Below, in pieces: positions 24,401 through 39,629 of a stretch of 64,000 bases of DNA; the stretch's first letter is position 1; each line of letters opens with the position of its first letter. The notes beneath the pieces are model-generated. The model made no database searches and was not told where the DNA came from. It saw only the letters and a program-made list of their open reading frames with translations. The stretch is from Trichoplax adhaerens (taxonomy: Eukaryota; Animalia; Placozoa), in contig NW_002060952.1 in NCBI RefSeq assembly GCF_000150275.1, positions 1,984,795-2,048,794 on the forward strand, in the 5' to 3' direction. The position numbers and the translations under genes were made by a program.

Positions 24401-26841
24401 GGAATAATACTACTATTAGATGACTGTTGTTGACAAGATCTTGTTTCATATCCTCCTAAAATATTACTCAACATCCATTAGTGCAATCATTGATTGTCAG
24501 ACGATATAAATAAAAGCTAAATTTAGTAACTCCTAGTGCCATGCTTTGAAATTTACTTTCATACAAGGCTTAATAAATGATAATAAAATTTAAATATATA
24601 CATAAGATAGCAGCCCATTCTAATACTGAAAGAAGTAGTTATGATCAGAACTACGGTATCCATCTTCTGCTCTCATACCAACTCAACACTCTTTCTTGTA
24701 TAAGGAGTCATTAAATTTTTTAAATAGTTTGGAAGATATCAACTCACTGCAAAGCTCGATATAACACGAAAATTCAGTCATGATCTAATTAATCATTTTC
24801 TGATAGAAATTAATGTTGTAAAAATGAATAGGAAACACTAATGTGTGCCGTTAAGTCATAATATAAGTAAATAAATAGCGAAAGAATTTCAATATCACTA
24901 ATACCTATTATATTAGAAATAATTCCTGATACTAAGCACAGCATTTATTATTCAAATACATCGTACGTTAATAAAATAAATAGTACCAGCAAAATCTTCT
25001 TACCAGTCACTTAATTATACACTGAGGTTCTTTTCATGGATTAAAGCAAATTCCTCTGTTACCACACCATACTTTCATTCTGAAAATAAAGTATGTATCT
25101 TAACCATAAAAGAGGCCGATATAAAGTAGAAAAATTATCCATTCCATAGCTTGCTTTATAGTATGCCGTCTTGCCTAATTGATTTCATTACAATGTCAAG
25201 CAGTTTTTAATTGAAAATTTTATCAGTGTGTAAAATCCATTAAGTAACCAAAGTTTTTCATTTATCATAATCAGGCCTAATATGCTTAATTAGTCTAACG
25301 TGGTATCATACTGCTTAGATTAAGAGATTTTTAGGCAATCTTTAATTGCGGTAATAAAATTTACCTTTCTTGTTAAGATCTGCTAAATATTAGAAGGTTT
25401 ATATTCACGGTGTTCCAGTCTTATGTATATCCTTGTATGTGCAATCATACATATTTAATTATATAGAAACAGAAACTCGTCACTTTTCATTGCGTGATGA
25501 ATAAAGACTATACAGTGCAATCGATGTATGATATACATTCACTATCCTTAGTTTAAGCTGATAGCTCAGATTGATTTATAAAACAAAATATACAGAGTTC
25601 AGATAACAACATGACTTTAACGCTAAAGATTAATATATTTCAGTTAGTTATGAACACAACCCTAATATTTATCAAGTAATTTAGATTATGAAAGCAGTTC
25701 TATTACAGATTACTCACAAAATAAGTAAAATTATGCAAGTAAACTTATATGTGCAACATCAATTAAAACTTTTACTAACACAATTACGACTACATACTTA
25801 ATTTATACTTTGCTATGTGTATTCAGGTATGATACTAAAATTAATACTATTCACAATTGTCACGTTCTGTAATAGTTACATAATTAGTATGTTACCTTCT
25901 TTCTATATATGGTTAAATATCACGATGTTATCACGTCAGGCGTATATAGATGTAGTTATGGTACTATATTAAGGTTATCTATATATGTATTCTCATGTTG
26001 CCATACTTGGCATGATAGTCTATTTGTAATGACTAAACTAGGGAAACCTTTCTGTTAGTGATGATCTTGTGATCTACGTCAGTAGATCAAAGGTCACAAT
26101 AAAGAAAGTATATAAACTCTTCATTTTAACAATAAAGTTAGTTCTTCAACTTAATTACTGGGTCTCCTTGCTGAGTTGCAGATCTAGTACTTGTTACAAA
26201 ATTTGGAAGTTGTAACAACAATACTCTAAGGAAAACTAGTATTTCTTGTAATTTAATTATATTATTTGATAACTTAATGTATCAAATTAACATGCGAGTT
26301 CATTTTGATCACAAAATTACGATCCAAAAGTTATCTTTGATCATTGATTTATAGGGATTAAATTTTAATCTTTATTGTCATTTCTTTGTCTCATTGCAAT
26401 TATTCATGGTGCCTTAATAAATTAAGAGAAGTAACATTGATCAGTCATTGCTATAAAAATATTTGGGTAGAAAAGGGTAATAATCACTCGAAAGGTTTGT
26501 TGTAGTGGGGTAGACGATCGGTAATTTTTTTGGATAGCATGTAAAATGATGATCATGATATCTAGACGACCATAAAAATAGCCGTAAATAAAACAGCATT
26601 ATTAATTTAACAGTTGTAATTGACGGCCAATAATTGGCTTACAATGATAACAGTAAAGATAAATCATGAAATACACTACTCGTTCTTAAACAAGCAAACT
26701 TCACCCACACTTTGGAATAGAACATACAAAAATATCATGTAGATAAGCAAGAAATGCATGTCCATTTTTTCATAATTGGCTTAAAAATATGCAAATGTGG
26801 GAGCAATACATTATCTCCACATGGTTATCATGTACGTGCTA

Positions 26842-29804
26842 TTACAACTTGGCCCGGATATCAGCATGAAGAGGCTTCAATTCCCTCAGCTTAGCCAACA
26901 AGTAAGATTTGCCTTTTGCAACAAAATGGCCTCGGAAAAATTCCTGTAATATATTATAGATAAGGTAATAATGTGATCAGTTTGTTTCAATTTCTATTCC
27001 TAACTCTATTCATCTTTAATCGTAGTAGGGTTAATGTAACGGAAAAGAGTTAATGGTAGTGTTGTAACCATTTATATGCAAACATTGGTTAAGTATTAGC
27101 GTTATAAATGATGATGTATTAAGTAAGATTATCCTCAATCATAGAGCAGCGACTAATAAATACTACTGCTATGAGATCATTTGTAACGGAAATATAATAC
27201 AATCATACTGAGAGTAGATTTTGCCTGTTTTAATATATTAGCAATGAATAGATATTAGTAATGCAGTATCTTCTTAGTAATTAAGGTAAAAATGCGAATA
27301 TACTTGTAATTAACAAAACATATCTATAAATAGCATAAATCTAGTAACCAAGGCAAATAACAGATTATTGCAGACAGTAACAGTAAGTGGAAAGGATGAA
27401 GATATATTGCAAACTAGGTATTCTTAGAATCTGGTTCAATGTCGCATGGCAATACTAATGTTTACTTTAATAATGCCTCGTAATATTTATTACTGAAGGT
27501 AGATGAAATTTCATATTTCATTTAAAACTGAAAAACAGAACCATATAAGGGAATCACTATGACGACAATATTAATGTAGCTGTGTTACTATTATGAAAAG
27601 CCAATATTGAAATTTCCTTTTAGTATCAATCATAATTGTATTGGTTCTCTATCGTTTCAAAAGTATTTAGTATCATAGTAAGATCAAAAAGTCATATCAA
27701 CGCTATATTTAAGGTGCAATAGAAATCAATCAAAACTAGGCTAGGAATTCATAACAATAAATCAAATTACTTAAATTACATCCATCTATCAACTAACCAC
27801 AGGTGGGTTTTGTAGTCCAGTCATTATGTTCTCAAAGTTATCGTCCGAGCCGAAAAACATTAAATCGCAGGGTTCTAATTTAAGTAATCAAAAGTTTGAT
27901 ATTTAGCATTATATCACTGTAATTTTAAATTTGCGGATACAAAGCGAATAATTTACTATTACCAGCACAGAAATTTCAGCCCGACATATAACGGAAACCA
28001 TTAAATTTTTTAATAAAATACAGACATGAAAGCTCAATCGCGAAAATTTCGGGCACTCAAAATGAGTTTGTGATAAACTTATTCCTCGATAATATAAGTT
28101 AATAATAAAGATATACGTATATCTTACATGAGACATATAATAATTTAATATTAGTGATTTCATTACCATTGCCTAAAGCTAGATCATACTATCTTAATTA
28201 AGACTACATTCCAGTCTTTTACGATACAGTAAATGCAATTTAAAATATATCCGTACAGAAATTTTCTATTGCTACAGTAATTTCCGTGGAATACATAGTA
28301 AATACTATCTTGGCTTAGAGTGACAGAAAAATTTCTATTCTGGGGCTGTTAATAACGGCTAAAAGGTATCTTGTATCTGACTAACACCGTATTAAAAGGT
28401 AATTTTATGCGGTAAAGTATTACAATAATCTTTTTACGTTCGCACTAAATTAGAAAAGTTTTTAATTTGAATACGATTATAGAAATCTCTATCGCTAAGA
28501 TGATCTATTTTAGAATATATTTAGAAAACGTCCTAATTAAGGTATTTATTGGAAATCTCTGATACTAGACTGATCTATGTACAATCAACATCACTGGATG
28601 TTAGCTCCAATTTTCAGAATATTTCCTATTTCGGGATACTACTAACGGCTTAAATATGTATGCTGATTATTTATTTTTGAAAGGGTATTTCGTAAGTAGA
28701 TTAACCTGATTTATCAGTTTGTCGAACAGTTCCTGATCCATTTTTCAAATCCAAAACCCAAAAAGCATATTGAGATTGTGCGGTTGGACGATTATAGACA
28801 CCGTGATTGAAGACTTTAAATAGAAATACGGCCTGGACCTTACTAACAATTGCTTCACCGTGTGTCTAATAACGAATGATTCAATGGATATGATCAGTTT
28901 CTTGATAGACAAAGTATTACTAATAAGTTTACTGAACTTTTACTGTATTCATTCCTTTTTAATTTAAATTTAAATCTATTATTTATTCCATCAATCAATA
29001 GCTAATAAATTTCTGATCATAACGCTGTCTATTTTCAAGTTACTGCTAAATTCTTCGATAGATATCGGAATAAGCTTATCAACAAACAAACGCAGATGTT
29101 AACCAGGATACTATACTTTCGTTACACGTCTACTTTAAAACTTATACAACAGCACTAATTAAAGTATTTAAGTTAATTTACGACAAAAGCCTGAGTAGAA
29201 GCTCACTAGCTATACAGCTTTACATTCAATAGTGTAAACCGGATTTAATTCCAGGATACAGCAACTATCATTTTCAGTTGTATTTAAAACAGAAACCTCT
29301 ACAGTTCCTATTAAGATACAAGCAGTACCACATTTTACTTTTAAATGTGGCCATTTTATCGAAATATTACAATAATCAGGCAAGATTAATAGAATATATA
29401 CGCTTAAGAGATAATGTGGCAAGCTGTTTGAGCTAACTAATCCGTTTAATACCTTTATGTCATATATATTAGTGCAATAATTACAGCAATTTTATCTTAT
29501 TGTAGAACAGCTAAAAATATATAAATTGACTCGGTAATAATAATTACAATTAGGATGTATATGTGATTCACTTCCTAGTTAAGCTCTACTGCTAATCTTA
29601 AAGCAAAAAATCTTCTACTCTCTAAATTTGTGCACTTATACTATCAGTAATATAGAAACGTTATACTGTGATCAATTGGGTTGGAGCAGCTTTCAAATGG
29701 ATACTGACCGGTAATAGTCTTGCTAATTCTTCGAAAATAACCTTAGCTTTGGTACCCTCGCCCTTGAAAGTAGGCACTTCAACATCATTAGCCATTTCAC
29801 CCAT
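26842..29804 (-). CDS. Stand-alone SCP2 sterol-carrier domain protein B (144 aa) with PTS1 (AKL); 4 coding exons, absent from the ORF track
   Basis: Exons 29804-29709 (MGEMAND..KAKVIFEELARLLP), 28865-28706 (THGEAIVSKVQAVFLFKV..FWVLDLKNGSGTV..), 27874-27798 (EPCDLMFFGSDDNFENIMTGLQNPPV) and 26943-26842 (EFFRGHFVAKGKSYLLAKL..IRAKL*). All introns are GT-AG with phases 0/1/0. Confidence 0.9.
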
Positions 29805-32800
29805 TTTGCTTGTTTTTTTGAAATTAGCTTTAACCTGAAAAGATACAATAAGAATTTATGTTAATTCGAGTTGGTCACAATACAATGATCTTGAATTGTT
29901 TATTGCGTCGCTAGATTAATTATATATATCACGGTCATATAGTAATACTCCAAAAATATGATAGTAAGTAAATAAAACATATACAGTAAAGTAGCTATAG
30001 GGTTTTAATAGCGATGAAGGATTTTGCTATCATTTAAGATCATCAGTTGGATACAGTAGAAATAGGAAAAGTAATATAAAATTAAAATTTTGATTAGGGG
30101 TTAAATGAATTGGTAGATCATTTAACGATTTCTAAATTGCAGAACGGAACTCATTTAAAATCGTATCATATTTAACGTAAAAAAAAATAAGTCCTGGATC
30201 CAATATAAGAAAAGATAAATTTTCGACCTTTAAATATAGTATAAAGTCTATAAATGCTGTACTTAATATATAAAATAGCTGTTATCGATCGCGAGAGAAT
30301 GATGTACTACCAATGGCGCTCTGGCTGGCAACAGGTCTAAGTCGTTCAAATTCGATAGAGTATAGTCAAATGGATCCTTGACAATTTTGACGGTGATTAC
30401 AGCTTAATTATTGCATTATTAAATCATTGCCAGCTAATTAAGGCCAAACTAAAATCTAAATTTAGTACTTCCACGATGGCACTGGAATCTTAGAATGTAA
30501 TTTTGGTAGTTTGTGACGCCTGAAGATTGCCACTATTAGTCATCTGCTCAAGGAAAGAGCTACGGCTAAATTAGACAAAATTGTCCTATGCTGTCAGAGT
30601 TTGAAATTAAATTCAATGTTTCTACGGTAATACGCAAGATTCAATCTCAATCGATTTACTGATGCGGCAATTTTAATACAAAATTTTCATTTTCATTCAA
30701 TAAACGATAAAGAAGAAATTATTTTTATTTGGCTAATTGCATGAAAGAATGTAGATTTAGCCATCCATTTTATTCCTATATTACATGGACTGCATCGCAA
30801 AATGGAATCCCATTACTATGCTATAAATTTATACATGACAGCAGCTTATCTCTATCCATTTTACGTTAAAATTAATCTATAAATGAGTAGAATCTACCTG
30901 GTATAAGAAAAAAATAGATTACGGAAAGGCGAAACTTCAGCGACACTTGTAGAAACTATCCGAGGAAAGTGCAAAGCTTGCTTGCTAGCCGGACAAAGTG
31001 AGCAAAAATGCACCGAATAATTGGTATATAATAAGTTGAAAATTACATGCAAATACACTAGCTAGGCTAAGGTTTAATCTAGTTGTTGATTTAATGGCAT
31101 GCAGGGTATCAAAGGTGAATGATTGATCATAATTCACACAACCTATATAACTAGGAATAGACTTTGAACTTTTAGGACAATACATTCGTATTTTGCAGTA
31201 GACTAACTCTAATAGATGATGATACCACAAAAAGTTCACATTAGAGTTAAAGTTGTTTTATTACTATCGGAGCGTCGCGACACGTTGGATAATAGGACCA
31301 AGATTGCTGATGATATATTACTATAGCTTATTTTCTCTATTTCTTAACATTAATTTTAACGAAGGGAAATTATGGAAAATAAGAATATGAATATCGAGTA
31401 GAATGTATAAAAATGCCGCCTATTACAGAAAGCAAATTGCTGTTTCCCGCAATAGCATTTGGAAAAAATGTTACTTTATGTCATTTCAATTCGCGTTCTT
31501 TAATTATCTATGGGACGAATCTTGGTTTTATTGCTATGGAAATTTGATTATTTTAGTTCTATTATAGATCATAATGATGATTATGTTAGCTCCAAAGCTT
31601 TTCATGGTCCAAGTCTTGCTCAATCACAGTAGGGGATTACAGAGGGATATATGAAAGGTATAGCATTTTCCTTTGAGCTAATCACGTATTCGACTTTCAT
31701 CATAATTCGATTATTTCAACAACACCCTGTTGAAATTAACCTTTGAACTAGCTATAACCTCTTTTTAATCAAATTTTTCTAATTTGTCAACTACGATGTC
31801 TCAACAATTTACGGAGTTTCCACACAGTAAGCCAGCTCGTGACTAAAAATAAAATTTTATTAATATATTATAAGAATATTAAGATATTTTAAAATACAAG
31901 CAGAACGAGACATGATACTTTATTTTGTCTGGGGTATAATTTTGATTTAATTTATTAATTAATTCATTAATATCTGCCTTAAAATATTTGAATAAAGACT
32001 TTGTCCATAAATTCATCATCCAATGAATTCTTCGACATTCTATACAGAAAAAGGGAAAATAACTCTAGCATGTAATAAATCCGAATTTGTTTCTCGAAAG
32101 TATTAATTAACTAATGAATTCTTAAACGGTACTGAAAAAGGGAAATAAATCTAGGACATAGTAAATCTAGATTTGTTATTGTAAAAGTAGCATCGTAAAT
32201 CAGGCTTTTTCTTGACTAGATTAATTAAATCAAGCCATGATAGAATAAATTATGTGCCGTTGGTATACGATACAGGTTATTGGCGTATTATTTTGGCACT
32301 TACTTACTTACCTATAAATACCATCTCTAAGTTATTCTCAAATCAATCAATGTCGTGAGAATTTTGCAATTAGAGGATCATCTATGATTCAGTAAAGATG
32401 AGAATACAGGTAAACTCCCTTAATTAATAGCCATATTATGTTGAACAATTTCTTTATCCATAAGTTACAAATGAACTTGGAAAACTGCAACTCCAGTAGA
32501 ATAACAAAGATTTGATTAAATAAGATTACAGTAACGAGTATGCACCTGTCATGACATTTGCGTTTCAAAATATTATCACAACTAGACTGAATTCAGTGCT
32601 ATTACTACCTCGTATTTTTCACAAATATTAACAGGTTAAATGAAAACAAGTAGAATAGCAATAGTAAAGGCTTTCTTTGTTGAATAAGTATTCGTGACAA
32701 ATTATTGAGAACTAATAACAATATTAGTATCTACCTGATTCTGATGTACATAAAAATCTTATAGAAATAGCCAAAAAGGTGTTAAGGTAATTTTAGGGCT

Positions 32801-34086
32801 ATTCAATCGTAAAAGAAAATTTAATCCATTATTTACCCTATAAACTACAATATCTAAATTTTAATCAAAAGGCCTTATAAGATACTGCAGACTGGAGCAA
32901 CGATATACGTAATGAATACTATTAAATACTTATATTACATCTCTTCTCCTATTTTGAATCTACTTATTCGAATTGGTGCATTGAATAGTGAATACAATGT
33001 ATACAGATTAATTTAAGGTATCTAACATTCTACCTGGGATTAGCGCCTGTATAGTACAGCCGAAACAAGCTAAATATTAGTAGAGATGGTAAAAAATTTC
33101 TATTTTAAACTCAGCTATTATCTTAAGTAACATCTTTTAATTTGAATTTAATATACATCACTGTATAATAATTAATAATATAATTGATGTATTACAGCCA
33201 AGCAAGCAAGTTTGTAAGGATACCTTCATTCCAAATATTTTGTAGCCGCAATTAAGATATTCTAAAACTTAATGTACTTCATTTCACCAATATAACGGTA
33301 CAGCAATAAGCGTCTAAATCTTTTACCTGATGGATCTAACAATTTGTAAATAAGGTTGAAATTCTCATTTAATGTTTACACTAATCATTGTCTTAGTTAA
33401 TCTAGAGAATGTTGACAGAAATAGATGATGTTAGATTAAGCACTTCTGTCATAATTACTCTATCGAATATAAATCTATTGTAATTAATTAGTTTAAACTG
33501 AATGAGAGTGAAATGGTATGAGCAATCCAAGATATTCCTATCAGAAATAGATATCGCATCTACATAACCATAGGTTAACTATAGGTATAGGTAATTTAGT
33601 GAATTGAAATAATTAGGAATGATAGTTCTAATGCCAGAATAAATTGCCTAAGTGTGACACTCGTATAGGGTTCACTAATGTTAACATGCTACAGATAAAT
33701 TTACAAACATTGTCTATCTTTAAATTTAAGGTGCAGTAGTGCAATGCTATTTTGATATCGATTAGAATGTAAATGTGCAAATTTACTATACAGCATATTA
33801 TTTATTAAGCAACAATAATTGGATATCAATTTTAGAATCTCAGAGATAGGTGTTACTTTTTTATTATTATCAATTTCTTTACAATTATAGAAAAGTTCAT
33901 CATGATCAGTAAAGTAGTATTATCGATGATTAATCATTATTTTAAGTAGATAATGTTTAAAAATTGTTGACACTAACAATATAATAATCAAAGACTAGCC
34001 AATAGAAATTTATAATGCATAGATAGTACAGATAGCAGTTTAAATACGAGATACTAGTTATCTATTTAGCGCTGTCAGAAAATGGC

Positions 34087-37000
34087 CTAGAGTTTGGATT
34101 TAATTTTTAACTTAATAATAACACCGAAAAAATCGGTTAAGAATCCACTTAGAAATGAGGGCATATTGAATCGATTATTAATCAATACCCGCAATAAACG
34201 ACGAAAGACACTTTCGTCACCAGTAATATTCCATGATGATTTCAATATGGATTTCTAGATATAACCAGATGAGAAATAATGAAAATATCAATATTTCATA
34301 ATGACATTTATTAGCATTTGATCATACTCGTATTATATAACTATAACGAACAGAAAAATGCCTGTCTAGAGTGATAAAACTAAAAAAAGGCCATAAATAT
34401 TTCAGTAATTGATAATTGAAATAAATAATGGACACAAATATATACTCATATTATCTTAGAGGCTCGATAAGTATTATTGTAGACATAGAATCTGCTACTC
34501 TTTCTTGATGCATAATGAGATATTGATATGACACTCACAGGATCTAGTTGTAAAATAGATAGCCCTACAGCAGACCTTGAAATAAGCTACACACTTTTGT
34601 AGACCCAAGCACAAATTTAAAATTAGTGAATCGTATAACTGCGATATTAATTGTAGAAAGTTGATAGTATAGGTGATGAAGATAGCTAACTATTGAAACT
34701 GCATCTTATATGAAGAAAGTCTTATTCATTGATTAATCTAATGCACAATCTAAAATACGAGCATCCGTATAATAAGATAAAGTAGAAGTCTTAATGGAAA
34801 GATTTCGTTAAGTTCTAATATTTAACTTATAGTAGGTTATCTAGCCGCAAATTAAATTATTGCTATGAAGATATGCTGCCTATAGCAATGTTTATTCAGA
34901 CGGTATAGTAGGCCTATTTCACATTTTAATTGTACCGATATTTTACCGTTAAAACTACCCTTGGCGTAATTTCTATCGTTAAATTCTGGGCTAAATGCAT
35001 CGCTAACATGCACTTATTATAGCGAAATTCTTTATAGCAAAGTCGTTTAATGGAATAGATTATATTAGTGTTGGAATACTTTTATAGCCTTTAGCCATTT
35101 ACTCTAAGCACAATTTCTAATTTAATTTTTACTCTTCTATCCACAGCTTGTGACTGTCTCATACTTTTACTGTCAAGACCTATAAATGCTTGCCCTTAAG
35201 TATTTAAATAATTACCTTTACTCTATAAAACATTGAGGTAGTAAGTGAAGAAATTTACTCTATCACCTGATGTATTTTGGCAACTATAAGTATATTTACA
35301 GTATTTTCTTTCTTAGAATATAGATATCGTAATAATTTTCTTTTTACCGCCTTCTAATCCAATTCATTAAGGCGATCTCGCACTTGAGGAATTCAATAGT
35401 GGTGTAAGCAATTTAATTTATTGTCAACACAGTTTGTACTATGACTAATTCTATCATGACATGATAGTTTGATAGCCTTTATAAACATCTTTCATTCAGC
35501 ATTAGTGCCATTGAACGATCTAACGGAGTTAGAACACTTGTTCACTAAACTTACCAATCGATCTCTCCACTGGCCTGATTGTATCTTTTCTGGTTTTTTC
35601 GAAGTAAACGTAATAGTGCAATCAGCATTCTCATCTATAGGACGAATAACAGCAAGAATAAAATTCTAAAAATATAGGCACTGATAATCTAGAGTCATAA
35701 AATTAGATAAAAAGTATTTTGTAATCCAGCTACAATTTCGGGTATTAAGCAGAAATTAAAGTTATCATTATAAAAGCTTATCATAAAATAATAAGAAGCA
35801 GCATACGCTACAGCTATAAAGAAAATGATCAATTTTAAGTATATATAGGATATCATAATGCTTGAAATCAAATAATATCGAGAAAATCAGAACGAAATTT
35901 AACAGTCTACCGTAATTTTAAACATAGTCAGTGTATGCATATTTGTTTAAAAGCTATAGTAAAAATTAAGTGAGATACTTTAATTCAATAAAGTAGCTAC
36001 CATAAGTCCATGTTGCGATTAGCGAGAAGAGATTGAAAAATAAATTATCAACCTAATATTATGAAATCACTAAAACACATGAAGTTATTACAACTCTAAT
36101 CCAGTTTGTATGCTAAAGTACGACATTACTACGGTATGTAAAATTGGACCCAGAAAGAGATTATAACCCAATATGTGGAATCCCAGAAGTGAAGAAAACT
36201 GTTAAGAATGGCGATAATATCCAAAACTGTGGTAGGGTCTTCCACCTATCTAGAAACTATAAATGTTTTAAGAATTGGAACTAAAGATAAAACTGAATAT
36301 AATTTCTGCCCGAAACTGTTGTATTTAAAGATCGAGGTGTTTTACATATATCTAGTACATCTATCTTGGGAATAGATTAGAATGCAATTGAAAGTAATAT
36401 AGAACTAAAGTAGATTACAAAAATGTGCCGTAGATTGTAATAAAAGTCGAAAATGAAAATGCTGATTGATTGAGACCTTATAAAAGAAATTTAGATTGAA
36501 ACAAATAATGGATATCAAGTATGACGAAATATTGCATTTTATTCACACCTTTACCATCCCTAAATTCGCCTTGCTTCAAATCCAGTACCCAGGAATACTT
36601 AAGTTGTTGATCAACAGTAGATATTACCTGGAAGCATATTACCCCATCAACAGCTTTAACCAGATTTTCTTTTTGCTATAAATTACATTCAAGACTGTTT
36701 AGTAGTATACAACAAACGGATATTAAATTCTTTCATTTCATTCTCCGCAGCAAGTTAAAATGAAAATTAAATTTTGTTCAAAAAAAAGTCCATTAATAGA
36801 TCATATTACACATGCAGTAAAATCAAGGACTACTAGTAAAATGCTATAACATAATCAGTCTTTTGGTATAGAATTATATTACAATACAATAGAATATATT
36901 CGACGATATAGCACATACACTATTGACAATTTGCTGCAGTTCTGATGTTAATGACTGATCTGGTGGAGCTTGATCTAGTGGAGCTTGGTCTGCTGAAATC

Positions 37001-37215
37001 TGATCTGAAGTAGTGCATAATTCCAATCGTGGATAGTTGGCTGATTTTAAGCTGAATACTCTAAAATATGGCGTGATCAAAGGCAATGGACTATTAATCC
37101 TTCCAATAAAAATATCTATTCTATCTATTCAATTTATTATGAACCTTAGTTGATCTTTTTCTCTATCATCCAACAAATACAATGAAATAGAAGGATCTCT
37201 TGTTAAATTATCCAT
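34087..37215 (-). CDS. Divergent stand-alone SCP2-domain protein A (about 195 aa) with N-terminal extension and PTS1 (SKL); 5 coding exons
   Basis: Exons 37215-37145, 37060-36919, 36675-36549 (QKENLVKAVDGVICFQV..SWVLDLKQGEFRDGK), 35634-35555 (DENADCTITF..) and 34254-34087 (..WNITGD..KIKSKL*) are in frame over GT-AG introns. The first exon and start codon are the least certain part. Confidence 0.8.
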
Positions 37216-39629
37216 AATCCTTAAACGGGAATGAATAATTGTCAGAACGGTACTTAGTGTTTTGGATACATAGAATGGAGAGAGTCCGTTGAATTATATT
37301 TATATTACGATATTAATTGGTTAACAAAATAAATGTGGCTGAACAATCGTCAAGATTAAGTGTCTTTGGTACCTAGAATGGAGATAGTCCGTTAAATTAT
37401 ATTTTAATATTGCGATATTAGTTTGTTAATGATGTAATTAGAGTAGCTAGATGGAGTTAACATCAGCTTAGTATTGCAAACTCGTGTATGATATTGTCGT
37501 AGAAAATGTTTAGACGTACAGGATACCGCGCGGACTCTACTGTATAGTCTACAGCTTGCTTATGTAATAAAATCATTATTACCCTGCTAGCCCTAATTTT
37601 AGTAGCCATGGGCTAGTAAATAGACATTATTTATTTCTATCCCGTGACGGACTTTAATTTATTAGTATATGGTAATGGTATAGAATCTCATATACGCTTT
37701 GTAGTAGACAGAGCGTATACATTGGATGTTATTGCACAAACAACAAGTTATTAGCTAATAAATGCTGACAAAACTTATCAGGACTACTGGCGCGACAGAA
37801 TTCCACATTCAAAGGTATAATTAATCTATAAACGATTTTACATTCGATCATATCATTGGATGTAAAATGTGTTTATGTATATGAAAGGTAAGCCAACGAA
37901 TCAGTGCCAGCTGGATGTGGAGTTCAATTACGTGTGGCAAGGTGACCAAAAAATCATCTTATGCAATAAATATAATACATAACTAGCTCTAATTACTATG
38001 AAAATTCGTTTATTAATATTTATGAAACCTTTTGTAGCTGCAGGGTGGTCTGAAAAGATCAATAAACAAAAGTAAAAAATCACGTAAGAAAGCACGTATG
38101 AATTAATGAGATAGACATTTAATTTATCTGCCGTTGCGGACTCGCATTTACCAGTCGAAATTATATTGTGTGTTAACCCACAACTACTGTAATTACATGA
38201 AGTCATGACACTAGTCGATAATAAATCAATGAAATACTAATGAAAGATATACGAAAAGATATTCGTCATGAACCATAAATAATATAGCTGGTTCGGTATG
38301 ATGACTTTAATTTTTGATTAGCCCAATCGAACTGGTACGTGGTTTAGCAACATCACTGATTTTATATCATCATGTAACCCAAATTCTGATCAGTCAAACA
38401 AATCTATTGACTGTTACTTATTTAATCACTGGTACTTATAAGGGTGTCTTGAGGGTCTCGATATCGGAAATTGGATGTACTACAATTTTTTAATATTTAA
38501 ATGTTTGTTAGCGTAAAAAAAAACGCTACTTTAATCGATGAATGCTTGTTGATCATGTTATTAAGACCGCCGAGCGAGCATTAGAAGCAATTATTTGCAA
38601 AGTAAACTATTTAAATTGTACAGTAAGCCTATTAGCTGCTACTTATACAGTACAGGCATTAGTTGAAATAACTATTCAGCCAGTGGAGTGAGATTGAAAC
38701 TGGAATTGTACGTTTATCGGGGTAACAAGTCAGTTGCTCAATAATTATATAATTAATACACATAGAAGCTATGCTTAAAGATATTTATGTGACTAATTCA
38801 GTAGTTGATCTTCCAATATTATTAAATGTCTGCATTACATGAGCCCTCAAACTGCAGAAAATTGGGGACCGTCCATATTCTAACCGATAGAATCTTAGCA
38901 AACGCAAATTTAAAACTAGTCTATCATTAAGTAAAAACGGTGGCAGTTTCAGCAATCTACTCGACATGCAATCAAACCATTTAAAACTAATTTACCATAC
39001 AACATCTCATAAACTCTTTTATAATCTTGAGAAACCTATCATGTAAGCCTAGCGATGATTAATCGACCTTGTCAATCAAACCGTAAGATACTTATTAAAG
39101 ATTAACTTTCTCATCACATAGATAAATACGCAATAAATTTATATGACAGAGTCCTAGAACTACGAAGTATACAGCTTATCTATTTCAATTTAAAATATGC
39201 GCTCCAATACAATGTTAATAAAGTCAATTTACCCCAGCTGTAGATGACTAAAAGCCATACATAGCGCATCAAAAATTTAAAACACACTGATGTCATCTTA
39301 CATTAGTCACTACGCAATTAGGCGTTTTTTATTCAAATCTACTTTTCAATAAAGTCTCCCGATATAAAAGTCTAAAATAACCAGCAGACCCAAATACTAA
39401 AGTACAATCAGATAATTTAGCAATTAATATACTATCACGCCGTATTAGAGTCGCCTTAAGGTCTTTCTGATTAGCTATTATCTTGGCTTGCATACATGTG
39501 CATACTTATATAATTAATTATTCCTGTAATCTGTAATCCATAGCATATGCGTTTTAACATACATTGATTATTTACCGCTAAACCGCAATACGAAATGAAC
39601 ATGATTGCAAATACATTTACAGTAAAATC

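Noticed and set aside
28570-28600. DVDCT segment as SCP2 exon 3 of paralog B
   Set aside because: Followed immediately by a stop and in the wrong phase; the exon at 27874-27798 fits instead.
31750-33330. Several minus-strand AG..GT-bounded segments as a further SCP2 paralog
   Set aside because: No SCP2 motifs and no consistent open frame; may be UTR exons or chance.
37250-37430. Two-copy degenerate duplication of about 110 bp (a similar one at about 32040-32190)
   Set aside because: Real but small local duplications with no evident function.
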